From Veleropilina oligotropha (taxonomy: Eukaryota), in NCBI GenBank assembly GCA_048128005.1, contig JBEUKZ010000060.1, positions 496,001 to 560,000 on the forward strand: 64,000 nt of DNA. The letters run 5' to 3'. The position numbers and the translations under genes were made by a program. Position 1 is the first letter of the stretch; each line of letters opens with the position of its first letter. The notes under the pieces are model-generated. The model was not told where the DNA came from. It ran no database searches and was given only the letters and a program-made list of their open reading frames with translations. Shown in pieces: positions 59,901-64,000 of the stretch.

Positions 59901-62203
59901 CACGAACAATTTTTCAGTCGAATACCATCCAAATACCGATTAGGATCAACAAGTAAAATACTTGTAAATTCACTTTGAATCCCCTTATCAAATAAAGGTA
60001 GTTCAGATTATGTTCAGATTGATGGATTGCTTACCTGTTTTATGAACATTAACAATTTTTCAGTCGAATACCATCCAAATAAGGCCGCTTCGGCAGCGCA
60101 GTGGGTAGAGTGTCCACTCTAAATTCACTGGCTTGATTCCGCTAATGCGAACAGTAGTGGGTTCAATACCTGGCTGAGGTATTGAAATTTGCTCAAGTTA
60201 TGAATCACAGTTGTCCGTGACTGGCCGAAGAGGGCGGGTTTACCCGGGCGACCGGGGTTTCCTCCCGCGATAACACGGACATGTCCTGCCTTGAACCTCG
60301 ATGTTGTAAATATACAGGACATTAAGCATCATTCCTTCGTCCCACCATCCAAATACCGATTATGATCAACGTATTAATGTCAGTGATGAAGCTAGAACTG
60401 TAGGTGTGTTCAGTGTGATTTGGCCGTAGTTTATCCTACACACCGAATAAGTATAGTAATCATAATGCGAATGATACCACCACCTTTTCCTGACCAAACG
60501 TGTTCAGAAAGCCCAAACCCACCGAACGTGTCAGATGGTAAGTAAAATACTGAACATTTAATATATCTACATTAAATGTATTAATTTTCCATCGACGTCA
60601 CAACTAACATTATTGTATGTAATATAATGCACATGTATTTCGAGATAAAGCGCAAAAAATTATATCTGATAATTAGACATAAGTACTTTATTTTAATTTA
60701 CTGCTTACCTGGAATCGTCTCTCTGTGAAATCTCCTGGAGAATGTTCCGGACGGGAACATGCAGCAGATCATCCAAGACGTGGAGCACGCCGTTGGAACA
60801 CCAGATGTCCGCGATAATCACCCTCGCACGTATGTGGGTACCCTCGACGTTTATCACTATGAAATAATAAGTTAACAAATTTAATGTACATTGTCAATTT
60901 GAATAAAAGTGTTTACCATAAAATTATATAGGTTGTCAATACTACTAGAACAAGGCAAAGAGTGAGTAAAAATCAGATCATTGGTTGATGAGATATGCTC
61001 GCGGACAGACACACGCATGTTGAGAAAATCCGACCCAATTGCAATACCTTCTCCCACCACTATGTGAGTGAAGGTAATAATACCTGAATCTGTATAATTA
61101 TAACTTTGTCTACAAAATACGTAACCGGCTGATAATGTCTCCGAGTAATCCATCATGGCTTACGTATTCACATCATACTTAGTCGGACTGTCGATATAAC
61201 TTATTTCATTAGTTTTAATGATTAGCACTTTTATCATATTACAACGAAATTATGCATAACTGAAAATTTGCAATATTTGTTATATTTCTGTATTTCAGTA
61301 TCAGATTCATTAAACAAATGAAGAATATGCAGATTTATATTATTGCATAATCATTTTTATGTACAATGTGCTGCTCAATTATTTGGCAAAATAATTATAT
61401 AATTCAATTTGCATAACTTTTATGCACAAGTCATATTGTTTTCTTACTTACCATTATGGTCCTTGGTTACGCTCAGTCTTTTGTCTGAGAGGGTGTTGTA
61501 CACAGCTGGTCCCGCGACATCAGATGAACTCAGGCGACTGTCTGGTACCAGATGACCATTCAGAGCCTATAAATATATAGATAATATGCATTATTCAATC
61601 AGCTTTATAAAATAAAACACTATATATCTGTTCCTAAAAACGGCACGTTAATGAGAATAATAAATGACTGCCTAATATTTAATGAAATATATTGCATATT
61701 ATTAGACATAAACACTTATCAACTCGGTACAGAGTGATGTAGATAACACGTACTGCTTAGTTTTGATATTGGCCATGTTGAATTGAAGGCCTCATGATAT
61801 GTTTGTTGAATAACCATTGTCTATACCTCACCAAAAGTTAATTTTACCATTATATATGTATATACAATCATGACCATACACATTTCATAACAGCACACTG
61901 TTTAATGTGAATACTGGTATTACAATCACAGCAGAAACCATAATTTCATTTTCATCATCATAAGATTTTTGCACAAACAGTTACACCGATGGTATGATCA
62001 TTGCTGCATAAGCATGATCATATCCAATTCACCGGCACTGACCTTGACATGACCATTAAATTACCTGTGTAATCGTCAACGACTGCAAAGTTACATCATC
62101 CAAGACGTAGTCACTCGGGAGAAACATGGTCATATTGGCCGCAGATGCAGATTTCAACAGTAGGGTCAGTTCCGCATTTCTCATAACAAAATTCCTTATT
62201 TTG
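23559..62203 (-). CDS. Fasciclin (FAS1)-domain cell-surface protein, at least four FAS1 repeats; 5' end not located
   Basis: Phase-compatible exons, high to low: 62065-62203 (MTMFLPSD), 61452-61566, 60709-60856 (SNGVLHVLDDLL), 59530-59689 (FTVFVPHNDAF), 58717-58834, 57159-57303 (ATNGVVHIVETL), 56640-56796 (KTLFVPSN), 52910-53039, 27494-27647 (CSNGVILLV), 26358-26517 (YTMFTPSNRAI), 25549-25663, then 24802-25097 or 23559-23953 (NGIIHILD / NGIVHIID). FAS1 H1 and H2 motifs recur with three exons per domain. Confidence 0.9.
24802..25097 (-). CDS. Fasciclin gene, proximal alternative last exon
   Basis: CAG acceptor, phase 1: GAYIRWLNVEAKIIKKNILTNNGIIHILDRIL, Thr-rich stalk, hydrophobic tail, stop. 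Confidence 0.85.
27969..28205. mobile_element. MITE
   Basis: TIRs tactgtaaaac / gttttacagta, internal aaattcgc.aaa repeats. Confidence 0.6.
28790..28880. other. DIRS internal complementary region (ICR)
   Basis: 28790-28842 is the reverse complement of 28490-28542, and 28843-28880 is the reverse complement of 35910-35947. Confidence 0.95.
29716..32673 (-). CDS. DIRS tyrosine recombinase ORF (YR domain in about 29716-30830; upstream part overlaps pol in another frame)
   Basis: YDYRWVKYVDWC SAM-like region, LASGRRCSEI (Arg), AKNQ, CPVRAL, HEVRAIAAS (HxxR), W...F..HY. Confidence 0.9.
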   Translation of the reverse strand: MPAPAGGSVPVSTQPALARADRQQLGPLSRECRIQVGIQPASDLNRGTTNKTRSPPKRRETSGLRPGSAGFAPKKSDISRAAQHTRILQPFLPGPETRWPLETDPRSLVPKPISSYREIPARNPLEDSSGHPSGRLGSVYRSRRRVSACPDAYHGSSVPSVYTRGDDLPIQVPTVRSIVSPVRLHENSTGPGGLPTLSRAQGTYVPRRLADPRGVPRSVPPVYELYPVIDEAPGISDQRDKILLRALDDVYVPRSRLRYGPVHREADPEAYAEPTRGYPRHPVIGHNYGATTGHCPGAHRVGSAPATDGSHGQKTVTTGFQGSLDTTDGAVEGSHRSTALVYRHDSSVVEPRFAGPVGSYIPTRAERLPVHRRFERRLGWSPRQLRDIRPMADRPSGTTYQLPRVRSRLPVSTVPLVTSPQQAYNARHGQHDCRRLHTAPGRYTLASPMRPSNRPTPLSDVPQLDDSSPTHPGKAECQSGFALSEITDYTHRMDATQPSSSGGLPPVVATPSRLVCNRIQLPTTSVCLPVPRPGRPGGRRNVNDMGESVRVCLPPDVHSITGITEGSDRTLRDNATSAPVSHATLVSDPPRSDRRSTVSVTAETRPVNATTHPCTPRVAEPLTFTRLAVIERSLAKKGFSKATALRIYRSRRISTTKVYDYRWVKYVDWCHSRQINILRPPVNKFIEFLSSLFDRGMSVSAVKGYRATIATTLKQCRAHAGLSSDRTISDFIRSYELEIPTRRIKPPAWNIVLILNALLLPPYEPMSEITMRNLTHKTVFLIALASGRRCSEIHAFSSELRDIRFQSDGSVILRPILGFLAKNQRPNEDAPDVVIPKLTLVGRRDADRFNCPVRALRFYLDRTRELRQGKLRLFISYLPTYTRDITRTTVSRWISQTVRDVYIRCDNEDRTILSVRAHEVRAIAASVAFRHNLNINALLQAGYWKNANVFVKHYLRDYSTGADGLSSLHCVAAQRVIVRPRSSNQ
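30627..32657 (-). CDS. DIRS pol: reverse transcriptase, RNase H, adenine methyltransferase-like domain
   Basis: FLVPKPDGRWRPILDL, IDLADAYLHVP, LPFGL, YLDDWLI; FTDASNDGWG, HINFLELEAV, TDNTTVVAYI, ADSLSR; VDLFAT...YAFPP. Start codon uncertain. Confidence 0.95.
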   Translation of the reverse strand: MGACLLAHSQPWLELTDSNWVHLVVSAGYKLAFNRHPTLTEAPPTRHARLLNGEKQAVLDQAVRDLLLKRAIYPAPPSTPGFYSHFFLVPKPDGRWRPILDLSYLNLYLRTEKFQQETLSKIRAAIRPGDWAASIDLADAYLHVPMHITAHQYLRFIHGETIYQFRCLPFGLSSAPYVFTRTVQALGAFLHSLGHRVHMYLDDWLILGASRDLCLRSTSFTLSSTKRLGFQINETKSCFVPSTTFTFLGVDFDTVRYTAKPTQKRMRNLRAVIQDTLSSDITTARQLATVLGHIESVAPLLPTGRMDKRPLQQAFRDRWIQRTGQWKDRIDLRHWFTDTTAVWLNPALPDQSVPISPPEPNAYLFTDASNDGWGGHLDSYETSGLWPTDLQGRHINFLELEAVYLSVRSLSSHLRNKHIMLATDNTTVVAYIQHQGGTRSRPLCDRAIDLHRLVMSLNSTIRARHIPGKLNVRADSLSRRSQIIHTEWTLHSRVAREVCRRWSQPQVDLFATEFNYRLPLYVSPYPDPAALAVDAMSMTWENLSAYAFPPTCILSLVLQKAATERCEITLLAPLYRTQPWFPTLLDLIVDRPLALPQKLDLLMQPRTRVLHESPNHLRLHAWRLSNDPLLRKDFLKLQPYVSTDREGFPLQKSMTTDGLSTWIGVTAGRSIYSVPL
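32701..34948 (-). pseudogene. DIRS gag-like ORF1 with a frameshift in the N-terminal Cys/His finger
   Basis: ATG at 34948 gives MVRCSSSGCNQKIHAFDRHKECCTQ*. The finger continues in another frame as SCSIHHQCDLC...SDKQW. C-terminal LLLRRDACL...LFG is typical of DIRS gag. Confidence 0.8.
36206..36445 (+). repeat. Left TIR, with ~60-bp internal tandem repeats
   Basis: Reverse complement of 51292-51531 with two mismatches seen by eye. G-run lengths 7/11/7 match. Confidence 0.97.
37029..37442 (-). CDS. Putative secreted cysteine-rich protein (viral cargo)
   Basis: Signal-peptide-like N-terminus MKSMLLCIAAVCFAAWGTTQA and eight Cys in the C-terminal half. Confidence 0.6.
   Translation of the reverse strand: MKSMKSMLLCIAAVCFAAWGTTQASSRDTALILEHTWARYRNDPLYNPRFDHLRRNLLRDPPPVRAPSCHYFITDGENDCGPDPNIVVCIECAEPSLCHGKRGHYFSMLSGCFGMWRKVGHISPCNCTLASGNYIFI
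37525..38160 (-). CDS. Polinton-type membrane/coiled-coil protein (resembles the adintovirus 'GasderminX' family)
   Basis: FRLQKVNEL...LYKKYRR, long Gly/Ala hydrophobic hairpin, KAKKHDEI...SKLNTI..HVSKALSDG.MSDDEF. Family name is recalled, not searched. Confidence 0.7.
   Translation of the reverse strand: MMDNKPSAPTLYPQLGGDVPSELHEAQSFRLQKVNELQGQLERERDTRAALYKKYRRGVNVVDGIDNGLVVATLGMGSAGIGLLSTIVAAPVVLVLELAALGCGLASMGGKYISRRLGVKAKKHDEIRVLADSKLNTITDHVSKALSDGVMSDDEFQLVTGEMEKYQAMKASIRDKSRKAHTAISQTQSELIERGRKEGRAELLKKIGAGD
38157..38519 (-). CDS. Hypothetical 120-aa protein
   Basis: Fills the gap exactly, with ATGA stop/start overlaps on both sides. Confidence 0.65.
   Translation of the reverse strand: MSSIYGTLPLPLLADEPSSPPTRWHFVLNCGAAPNKGLARREFMFPNTRGRFGLNPALLMIHLTPVQPAGGPKACSISKLSLDSDKLTLAFVIKAPWVGTLYLNVTVDILNKQAEQYSHV
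38516..39256 (-). CDS. Minor capsid protein (penton) candidate
   Basis: Beta-rich; WHNV, V.PG.YS, DG.PSTILAVVP and C-terminal ITELKVYVTDADSNPIDNHG.PI.AVL, a pattern seen in Polinton pentons. Confidence 0.8.
   Translation of the reverse strand: MFHTLTNVQEGTAVALLEPIDNRDGKLCVSLQSLDYWVGWHNVHAGAFFKTPDTTVDVAPGFYSFDDLAKTMKRSLVNLQLDVSHATGLARIVVPEGTRLAISDDIRKLLGLDLSSFILDKAGNLNQPVRGVQGQPPPPPERSEWLRPGTYDGNTPVGFAIAPTLHVHLEQLSTTHNVKDGAPSTILAVVPITSQMFGEAGHYHSYPAGRRLQAGLITELKVYVTDADSNPIDNHGMPITAVLAIQ
39264..40559 (+). CDS. Hypothetical protein with C-terminal transmembrane anchor
   Basis: 431-aa ORF, aromatic-rich globular region, ends TALIVGGIVVGLAFIWLT. Confidence 0.8.
   Translation: MAKSAFVFNRSAAYPTGVVYPAKIKDEQLTRPSINVGNSSTTAFGADYPDVFQKYRLPHVASDGLIRAWHSTPMRFWQNKVNFAVWCATTGSGISSEDHLNATAAPLSTAVFTFHVYYQVRRILTEIQAPLPQDRTWDAFDTPYDRRAYEKICSEFGVSPHTDWRVKGPNGGLGTAYSYWTNNGYHPIGREYDPSRMSFTKGTTNTNLHVDYIAQAPALKNGWATFILDRSVGFTRAGVERLNDSIRTYVWAILGAQAQTRASILGSGTAFDAQKQFLANVEDAIASPVDLPAAIQRYQDVLQYARSKVDFVFGVGLYMAPSDMLLRIGQVAGYNNEIVVATEAQTLGLNTTVNAANPVPHNATGETGETGLVIPQDAVLPADAVTPKHRGSLPAVAPVAAVSAGATKHDEDKTALIVGGIVVGLAFIWLT
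40552..41865 (-). CDS. Coiled-coil protein with C-terminal membrane segments
   Basis: Acidic N-terminus, long heptad region, LFREQGVTIATILTAIGLAISTLVLAL, Pro linker, amphipathic/TM C-terminus. Confidence 0.8.
   Translation of the reverse strand: MAEFENPAFEPDDLIDNDDTIIDDTDVDLSTDRFMPVLSERPQEGTSSLQQELVQGVVDDYYKALAQEGQTPATGRDYSKFKYVRGKLGRGGKLVMTDYPDINLINSRTGNPLALSTIAGRPGGGDAIREGLGFVHWTRGGQKPSSKAVAALQTADNELSGAAANVENVELRDLGQTATDASVAIHTMETKFTDTEVEEILGTMGDPPLNLRELRGLDKAMQTIRGELTNNLAKLTALDEHIELEKMKLDQADEVGGVDEFIRRRIAERLRDLNDERAARLEAASSSREALRSQISRIREMISRILNTDTTLAERIRTLFREQGVTIATILTAIGLAISTLVLALTGGAPSIPPTPPPPSGQGGVKEWVKKQLQNLGRILGKLAGKAAAALPGILGSLVSWLINLIGKTASWLAENLWALVISVGGLLLIAARQWVT
41902..43203 (+). 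CDS. Major capsid protein candidate (double jelly-roll)
   Basis: 433 aa, beta-strand-rich (LLVRFP, LAFTISL, LEYELTFN, YSIDNISLEYD, KVEVTIEG, FALWIDMR, YEFVIMDA), directly upstream of the packaging ATPase. Confidence 0.8.
   Translation: MTSVYGRKLNPYRRLREPLAVKGIRQSVTITNNPSTIAPNQQLLVRFPNLGANDVIVPGTAHLAFTISLTSVNANRTVVQNIGRAVIRKTTIKISGNEIMSIDDSDVYHCYCDLWKTTGERKNAQYQGIDTSDGHNTTKHRVGAADAFRLSEDVAVAAAYGNRFRIPLDFELLESHMPFYQSALGDRLEYELTFNDYSRTIRETDDSGSSYSIDNISLEYDMVTQSELARRIRNQYQGQLVILYDRVLRHRKLTLDKSDSLWNMNVNVPARSMKGILLLFEDPARDAAPFSRDTEAFYNPKITKVEVTIEGVPNQIYSQGMRTYQIWEEAKKMFASSCSKRHPEVAMVAKDLEMADVTLGEFLTKKFALWIDMRVTDDDQLHGSGRRVENASEGITIQITKTAEAAGPLNVYEFVIMDAQLNIENGRFVEALY
43175..43807 (+). CDS. A32/FtsK-HerA-like genome packaging ATPase
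   Basis: Walker A IICGQTGCGKT, Walker B LYIIDD, GRH motif, VWVVTQ. Confidence 0.92.
   Translation: MADSSKHCTKRFPHTKDPHSAIICGQTGCGKTVFMLELLEGEYRGVFRHIVVLCPTIKYNKAYQSCPWIWTDPEVYLVPPGERLHDWLRGFYRLFQGESTLYIIDDCAASKAMAKRRDMLTLLAFSGRHASQSVWVVTQKYNSVLKELREQTRWVALFHCKDRDSFEDCLRENDVIPSQDERTEVRRLLAETRHAKLLLKTDQPVAYSVL
43819..44604 (+). pseudogene. Hypothetical protein interrupted by one in-frame TAG (44038-44040)
   Basis: ORFs 43819-44040 and 44152-44604 share a frame and the gap is open (...KRERLAALAVGGQAHRYMG...). Confidence 0.6.
44507..44998 (+). CDS. Hypothetical protein with basic helix and TM segment
   Basis: KKDPKKVAAGRAGAAARKAKQEK; VAVAAGTVALVFVVW. Confidence 0.7.
   Translation: MTTPEVDQVIERQPIESQPIERVTSSTDSSVSKKDPKKVAAGRAGAAARKAKQEKLLAAVRKMKEDLSAPTSVVVPSEQPGEAVPAAERPRAPDTRKSDLFNWTQVAVAAGTVALVFVVWKTSSERSNPGPSTPHQQPPDADARCSRAAPTIELKKQNPFHMQ
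45024..45263 (+). CDS. Small hydrophobic protein
   Basis: 79 aa with two hydrophobic helices, tightly packed in the + strand cluster. Confidence 0.7.
   Translation: MTTPITDGKMLGNAVYHAAIVSGLAIGYARLTKMVFKGASPKLDFTGYDVGMVVLDVALAMATKDMLIKQGIIPADILK
45295..45723 (+). CDS. Membrane protein with central coiled coil
   Basis: Hydrophobic N-terminus GGALVNALAFSGSNFLF, ERKRHD.A.EQL coil, C-terminal TM. Confidence 0.75.
   Translation: MASIAMLVGGALVNALAFSGSNFLFSKLRSSGVDAERKRHDIAVEQLNAAQTKWSQQRAERLDWLNVELRRQGHAVGTFRDVDAAIREYALITGKNLDPGLGGGPEPQLSDYYTPSDGQKGREITFIILGMAATGLVAYKLA
45980..46975 (+). CDS. Retroviral-like (rve) DDE integrase
   Basis: HQADL (D), LTVVDVASR, LQVDPGREF (D), QGIVERFNRTL (E). Confidence 0.95.
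   Translation: MDSKLARIYYSPKGYWKGIAAIKKLADAAKASEVEARTWLKRQAIWQIYLPAPRRIPRPKFDVTPNEVHQADLLFLPHDKVRHKTYKYALTVVDVASRFKEAEPLVTKEAKGVAEALARIYRRSPLGWPKLLQVDPGREFMGAVSQLLAKNNVEVRRGRVDLHRDQGIVERFNRTLAERLFGHQYATEMSFTGSAKEGQRSTEWVARLAAVVAALNGEVTRLTGKKPKDAIKAPRVAQNPSSTVPGRQGKEQKLPSDVDVRYLYQPGELEGGRRRATDPVWSLKVHRLGRSVTKPDEPVLYYLLDGPPRGFVREELLVVPRDTQLPPVLRH
46965..50642 (-). CDS. Replicase fusion: OTU-like region + divergent family B DNA polymerase + SF1 (RecD/Pif1-like) helicase + HNH nuclease
   Basis: DGDLNC...HNGHAW; IDMKACYPAS, SIIGKF, ATDSIY; GGGGCGKTT, FTPTH, IIWDEV, GDQGQPPPI, YRAKD, YALTIHSSQGLT, YLAVSR; CAAC...SVDRVDNRRGHIRDNVRLTCLECN. Confidence 0.9.
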   Translation of the reverse strand: MSTMDDYIDQLLADMQASETLRDVVQNILDEPIPEDVKERLLKPLVPSKDPQTERKRKAIVEEFDPIPLSKKPRTAQDYQNDLLGLFTTTEGQRFIDLDDQVPPPVRLPAKEPWVELLSDAKDEFEVDGAAAAFSTWRIEVAGRLALDARMTDARAAQLLTALPKGEFLLRIKFLREWGEGDWVVEDKFDPVKAARKKGQGVVEISQDTKPGAITGVDKAYYENAYPVTAVVYGVYPLREPNPANLVPMKDGDLNCVAQRVVEHFEGALRGNGLTPIRRQKIQEWEARVHVTGATVDDVAGLERILKRAIILRDIAGEDIYNSGKYQFGGSTGGVRGKVELICHNGHAWSKELHFPQSREVHIYEGDVWEAIRQATRNEPLAVWLLGGKDRQLGVDQFVLQDGRTYRTQDDHERLQEACTALGNESLAERAFGVNHAASIMAKEKNGWKPTPASLLDDVQKACVEHGHGGLWNSMNYDTGDVCCIDMKACYPASFLGQGEAKPYFERFGHPTHSMTRVAINGPLPQEIGTGFAEVVEWEFAEDIHPVIPAWFGKHFAENGWAPTPLLAYLVESGLLKSLKIREAIITFRKQLEVWLPENRDQGCSIIGKFTQGAKADGKRLTRRLVIDQGELDFLVRDTRQSDTLVGAPQRCPMGHILTYYDGSQPQYAHLRASMLAYAHINLLSMLQRFSAAEAVRVATDSIYLKKASLEKLDDVTVYVAPRLCGCGEKSCVSCLIAETYLPPVAPAQWRDKGEQLYLPQEHAAYLPKPEYCCAANSSQPSTAPCYNDTLTHHRLSYLNGGGGCGKTTRAMELFRARNPIVFTPTHRLAKEMRTRGVKAQTYHSFFRWSGQTDWTPDRMGQKFIPRVIIWDEVCTVPRPILEMFLDWLGHHEVQVICCGDQGQPPPITGEMPHDWLRQTADYYEEIEVDYRAKDDPALQALKRRIRLQPDKIQCGEMRKSLPSCLGWDRFVNTWRPGDLILTSRQKVRERAQQLLLQRHKEHFPDSQVPILYHPRDTRKQNIMVTIPGTDEREELVLNDVVEVTIEAAERAILTPDWRLGYALTIHSSQGLTIHDPQKVWIIDDYLQWSNLAYLAVSRVELLRQLERVTCPPDEGSEDRPPQAPQTEQQLRKTIQKKLVAYKRQDQATGLPGFNLKVDDILRLREAQNNRCAACNIELLWAYQPKDTQQFSVDRVDNRRGHIRDNVRLTCLECNRKRGFAVVNA
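50679..50966 (-). CDS. Small Cys/His-rich zinc-binding protein
   Basis: C...CGKRC...YCKVH followed by CSKC...CQGC. Confidence 0.7.
   Translation of the reverse strand: MWGTDTCQWLTISSTELCGKRCLSEYCKVHLARQRRNGRGTKPCSKCGKGVFNRFTLCQGCGYHNENVKDCQRKSRAFEREFLRMAAIYLTQISY
51116..51277 (+). CDS. 53-aa basic KAPA-repeat (histone H1-tail-like) peptide; also a 12-bp tandem repeat
   Basis: Hand translation MPQKDVPMLRSAKSSRRKAPAKAPAKAPTKTPAKAPAKAPAKAPAKAPAKRRP*. Confidence 0.5.
   Translation: MPQKDVPMLRSAKSSRRKAPAKAPAKAPTKTPAKAPAKAPAKAPAKAPAKRRP
51292..51531 (-). repeat. Right TIR
   Basis: Mirror of 36206-36445. Confidence 0.97.
51677..52588. mobile_element. Non-autonomous DNA transposon (hAT-like termini) nested in a SINE
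   Basis: TIRs caggccttgaaa / tttcaaggcctg; ctgtat duplicated on both sides; splits the SINE tail aatgtcctgtat|atttacaac. Confidence 0.65.
53605..55482. mobile_element. Non-autonomous TA-flanked DNA transposon (Tc1/pogo-like)
   Basis: TIRs taccgtatttgc.cgtgta.aagtcgac / gtcgacttatacacgcgcaaatacggta; subterminal tataagtcgaccccccaactt repeats. Confidence 0.75.
55539..55984 (+). mobile_element. HINE/DINE-1-like element, sister of 22494-23116
   Basis: Same termini and microsatellite. Confidence 0.7.
56348..56519. repeat. 43-bp tandem repeat, 4 copies, at the tail of a SINE fragment
   Basis: acacctttcaaggtcataccagctataggtcatgtcaatattt x4. Confidence 0.95.
57543..58654. mobile_element. Two abutting MITE-like elements (about 57543-57903 and 57900-58654)
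   Basis: ccgggaactc...gagttcccgg, and ccggtgtaa...ttacaccgg with ggtagattctgg subrepeats. Confidence 0.5.
59811..60370. repeat. ~150-bp tandem duplication; the second copy is interrupted by a SINE
   Basis: tgtaaattcactttgaatcccc...accatccaaataccgatta.gatcaac at 59811 and 59963. Confidence 0.9.
60082..60343 (+). mobile_element. Intact young tRNA-derived SINE
   Basis: A-box-like ggcagcgcagtgg, B-box gggttcaatacc, 12-bp TSD accatccaaata (60070-60081 / 60344-60355). Confidence 0.9.
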
Positions 62204-64000
62204 CTGTAAGGAAATCATCTTTGTTTATATGATTATGTTAGTGCGGAATAATTTAAAAAGTACAGATCTTTACCTAAATTACCTGTACACAAACCTCTAC
62301 ATTTGATCTATCAATCATCACAGAGTGGATTCAATTGTCAATTTTACAATTATTGTTGTCCGAACTTTGTTGTTCGATGTAAGTTTTAATATAAGAAATT
62401 TGTTTTATTGGTTAAATTATACAAAACAAGTGCTATCGATATAGCGGATCCCCGTGGCAAAGCATATTGTCTATATATGCAAGAAATAAATTTAGTACAA
62501 AGTTTGGATGGTATGGAGATTTATTGAAATTGGGCATTAATTCCTATAAAATATATCTTGAGCAGCCCACATGCACTAATTGAATAACTTTGTCCAAACT
62601 AGCAAATGTAACACATTATATGTGTTAAATTAATCAAAATTTTGATGTCCGAATACACAAATTTAACACAGTTTTTGTGTTAAATTGAATGCAACATCAC
62701 TGCCAGAGCAACATGTAGCATCACAGAGCCAACCCATATGCATTCACTGAAAATAAATTAATCAAAAACTTTAACTAAAATTTCACAGAATATTAAAATT
62801 AAATTATAATCAATATAACTGTCAGAATAGCAGGTAACAACTATGAAGCATACACCAATCAGGCAATGCATATGTTTGCAAAAACATGCCTTGATCAATC
62901 AATATGCGCTAATTGAAAATCTGTTTACTAAATTTCTATGTCAGCGATTAATTATTTTAAATTTTATTAAATATAACATCCAGGATAGCAGGTAGTGTTA
63001 ATATAGCCAACACTAGAATAGGCGCATTATAAATGTATTAAATAATAATAATAATATGCATTAAACAAGAAATTCTGCAGAATTACATGTCTCACCCGTT
63101 CCCACTTCAAATTTGAAAAGTTGACATTTCAATTTATAAAATTAGGAATCAGAAGTACTACCTAACATGCAGTGCTGGTCAAAACAAAGTAATGTAAGAC
63201 CTCCCTCTCTCTCCCACTCTCTCTCCCCGTCTCCCTCTCTCTCTCTCAAATACTGTTGCTGTGGTTGTTAAACATCAGTTCATGATTGTCTCCATAATGC
63301 AGTGGGCGGGGTTGTCTCCCCAAGTAATAACCAATAATCACTTGCAAAAAGGAATATTTTTCAATTCTGTTTTGCATTTCAATATATCTGAGCTGAATTC
63401 ATAACATGTATGCCCTGACCAGTTGAAGAGGATGATATCAGACATTGGATACAGTTTGTTCTTGTAATGGCAATATATACTGCCATCTCAAGATACCCAT
63501 GGAATAAACAAATGGGGAAGCCAATTTTCAAAATCCATCTGATTTTGATAATACCAGTTTCTCAGAAAGACCATTAAGCTTAACAGCTTACTATGCCTAT
63601 TGTATTGGCAGTGAGCAAGTCTTACAGATAAGCATATGTCCCTTTCATCGTACAAACATAATACTTACATAAGTAAATTAACAAAAAAGGAATATATCTC
63701 TGTTACTTTTCTATCCTAATATTTCAAGGCATAATTAAACGTTTCAGAATAACTGCTATAGTGTGTACGTGTAGCGAAAATAAATCATGTAACATCTTCA
63801 TACATTATTTTTTTTTTAGGGGGGGGGGGTGAGCATTAGGGGGGACAAAGCGGAAGGATTAACATATATGTGCCTCCCTCAACTCATGAAGCATCTATTG
63901 TCTAAGTTCAATAGATCTGGAACACATACCTTTTGAGCAACAAAGCTAAATGCAAAAACTTAACTAACTATGATGACCAAGTCACGGTACATACAATATA

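Noticed and set aside
60082..60180. tRNA gene
   Set aside because: A and B boxes are present, but the sequence continues into a SINE body with a TSD and has many diverged copies.

Overview
AT-rich invertebrate (probably lophotrochozoan) genomic DNA. Host genes: the last five exons of an M13 zinc metallopeptidase (neprilysin/ECE-like, + strand, 767-7292) and a multi-FAS1 (fasciclin) cell-surface protein gene on the - strand (at least 62203 down to 23559) that ends in two duplicated alternative last exons. A 6-kb 18-bp satellite lies between the two genes. One 25-kb fasciclin intron holds two young elements. The first is a full-length DIRS1-type tyrosine-recombinase retrotransposon (28490-35947; ITRs, ICR, gag frameshift). 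The second is a 15.3-kb endogenous Polinton/Maverick-like virus (36206-51531; 240-bp TIRs, 5-bp TSD) inserted into a tRNA-derived SINE. The virus encodes an integrase, a packaging ATPase and candidate major and minor capsid proteins, but has no recognisable adenain protease. Its replicase is one ORF joining an OTU-like region, a divergent PolB with no visible exonuclease, an SF1 helicase and an HNH nuclease. It also carries many membrane proteins, a secreted Cys-rich cargo protein and a 53-aa KAPA-repeat histone-H1-like ORF missing from the ORF track. The rest of the window is SINEs, MITEs, Helentron-type non-autonomous elements, a Tc1 relic and a minimal hammerhead ribozyme. All family assignments come from motif recognition by eye, not from database searches.
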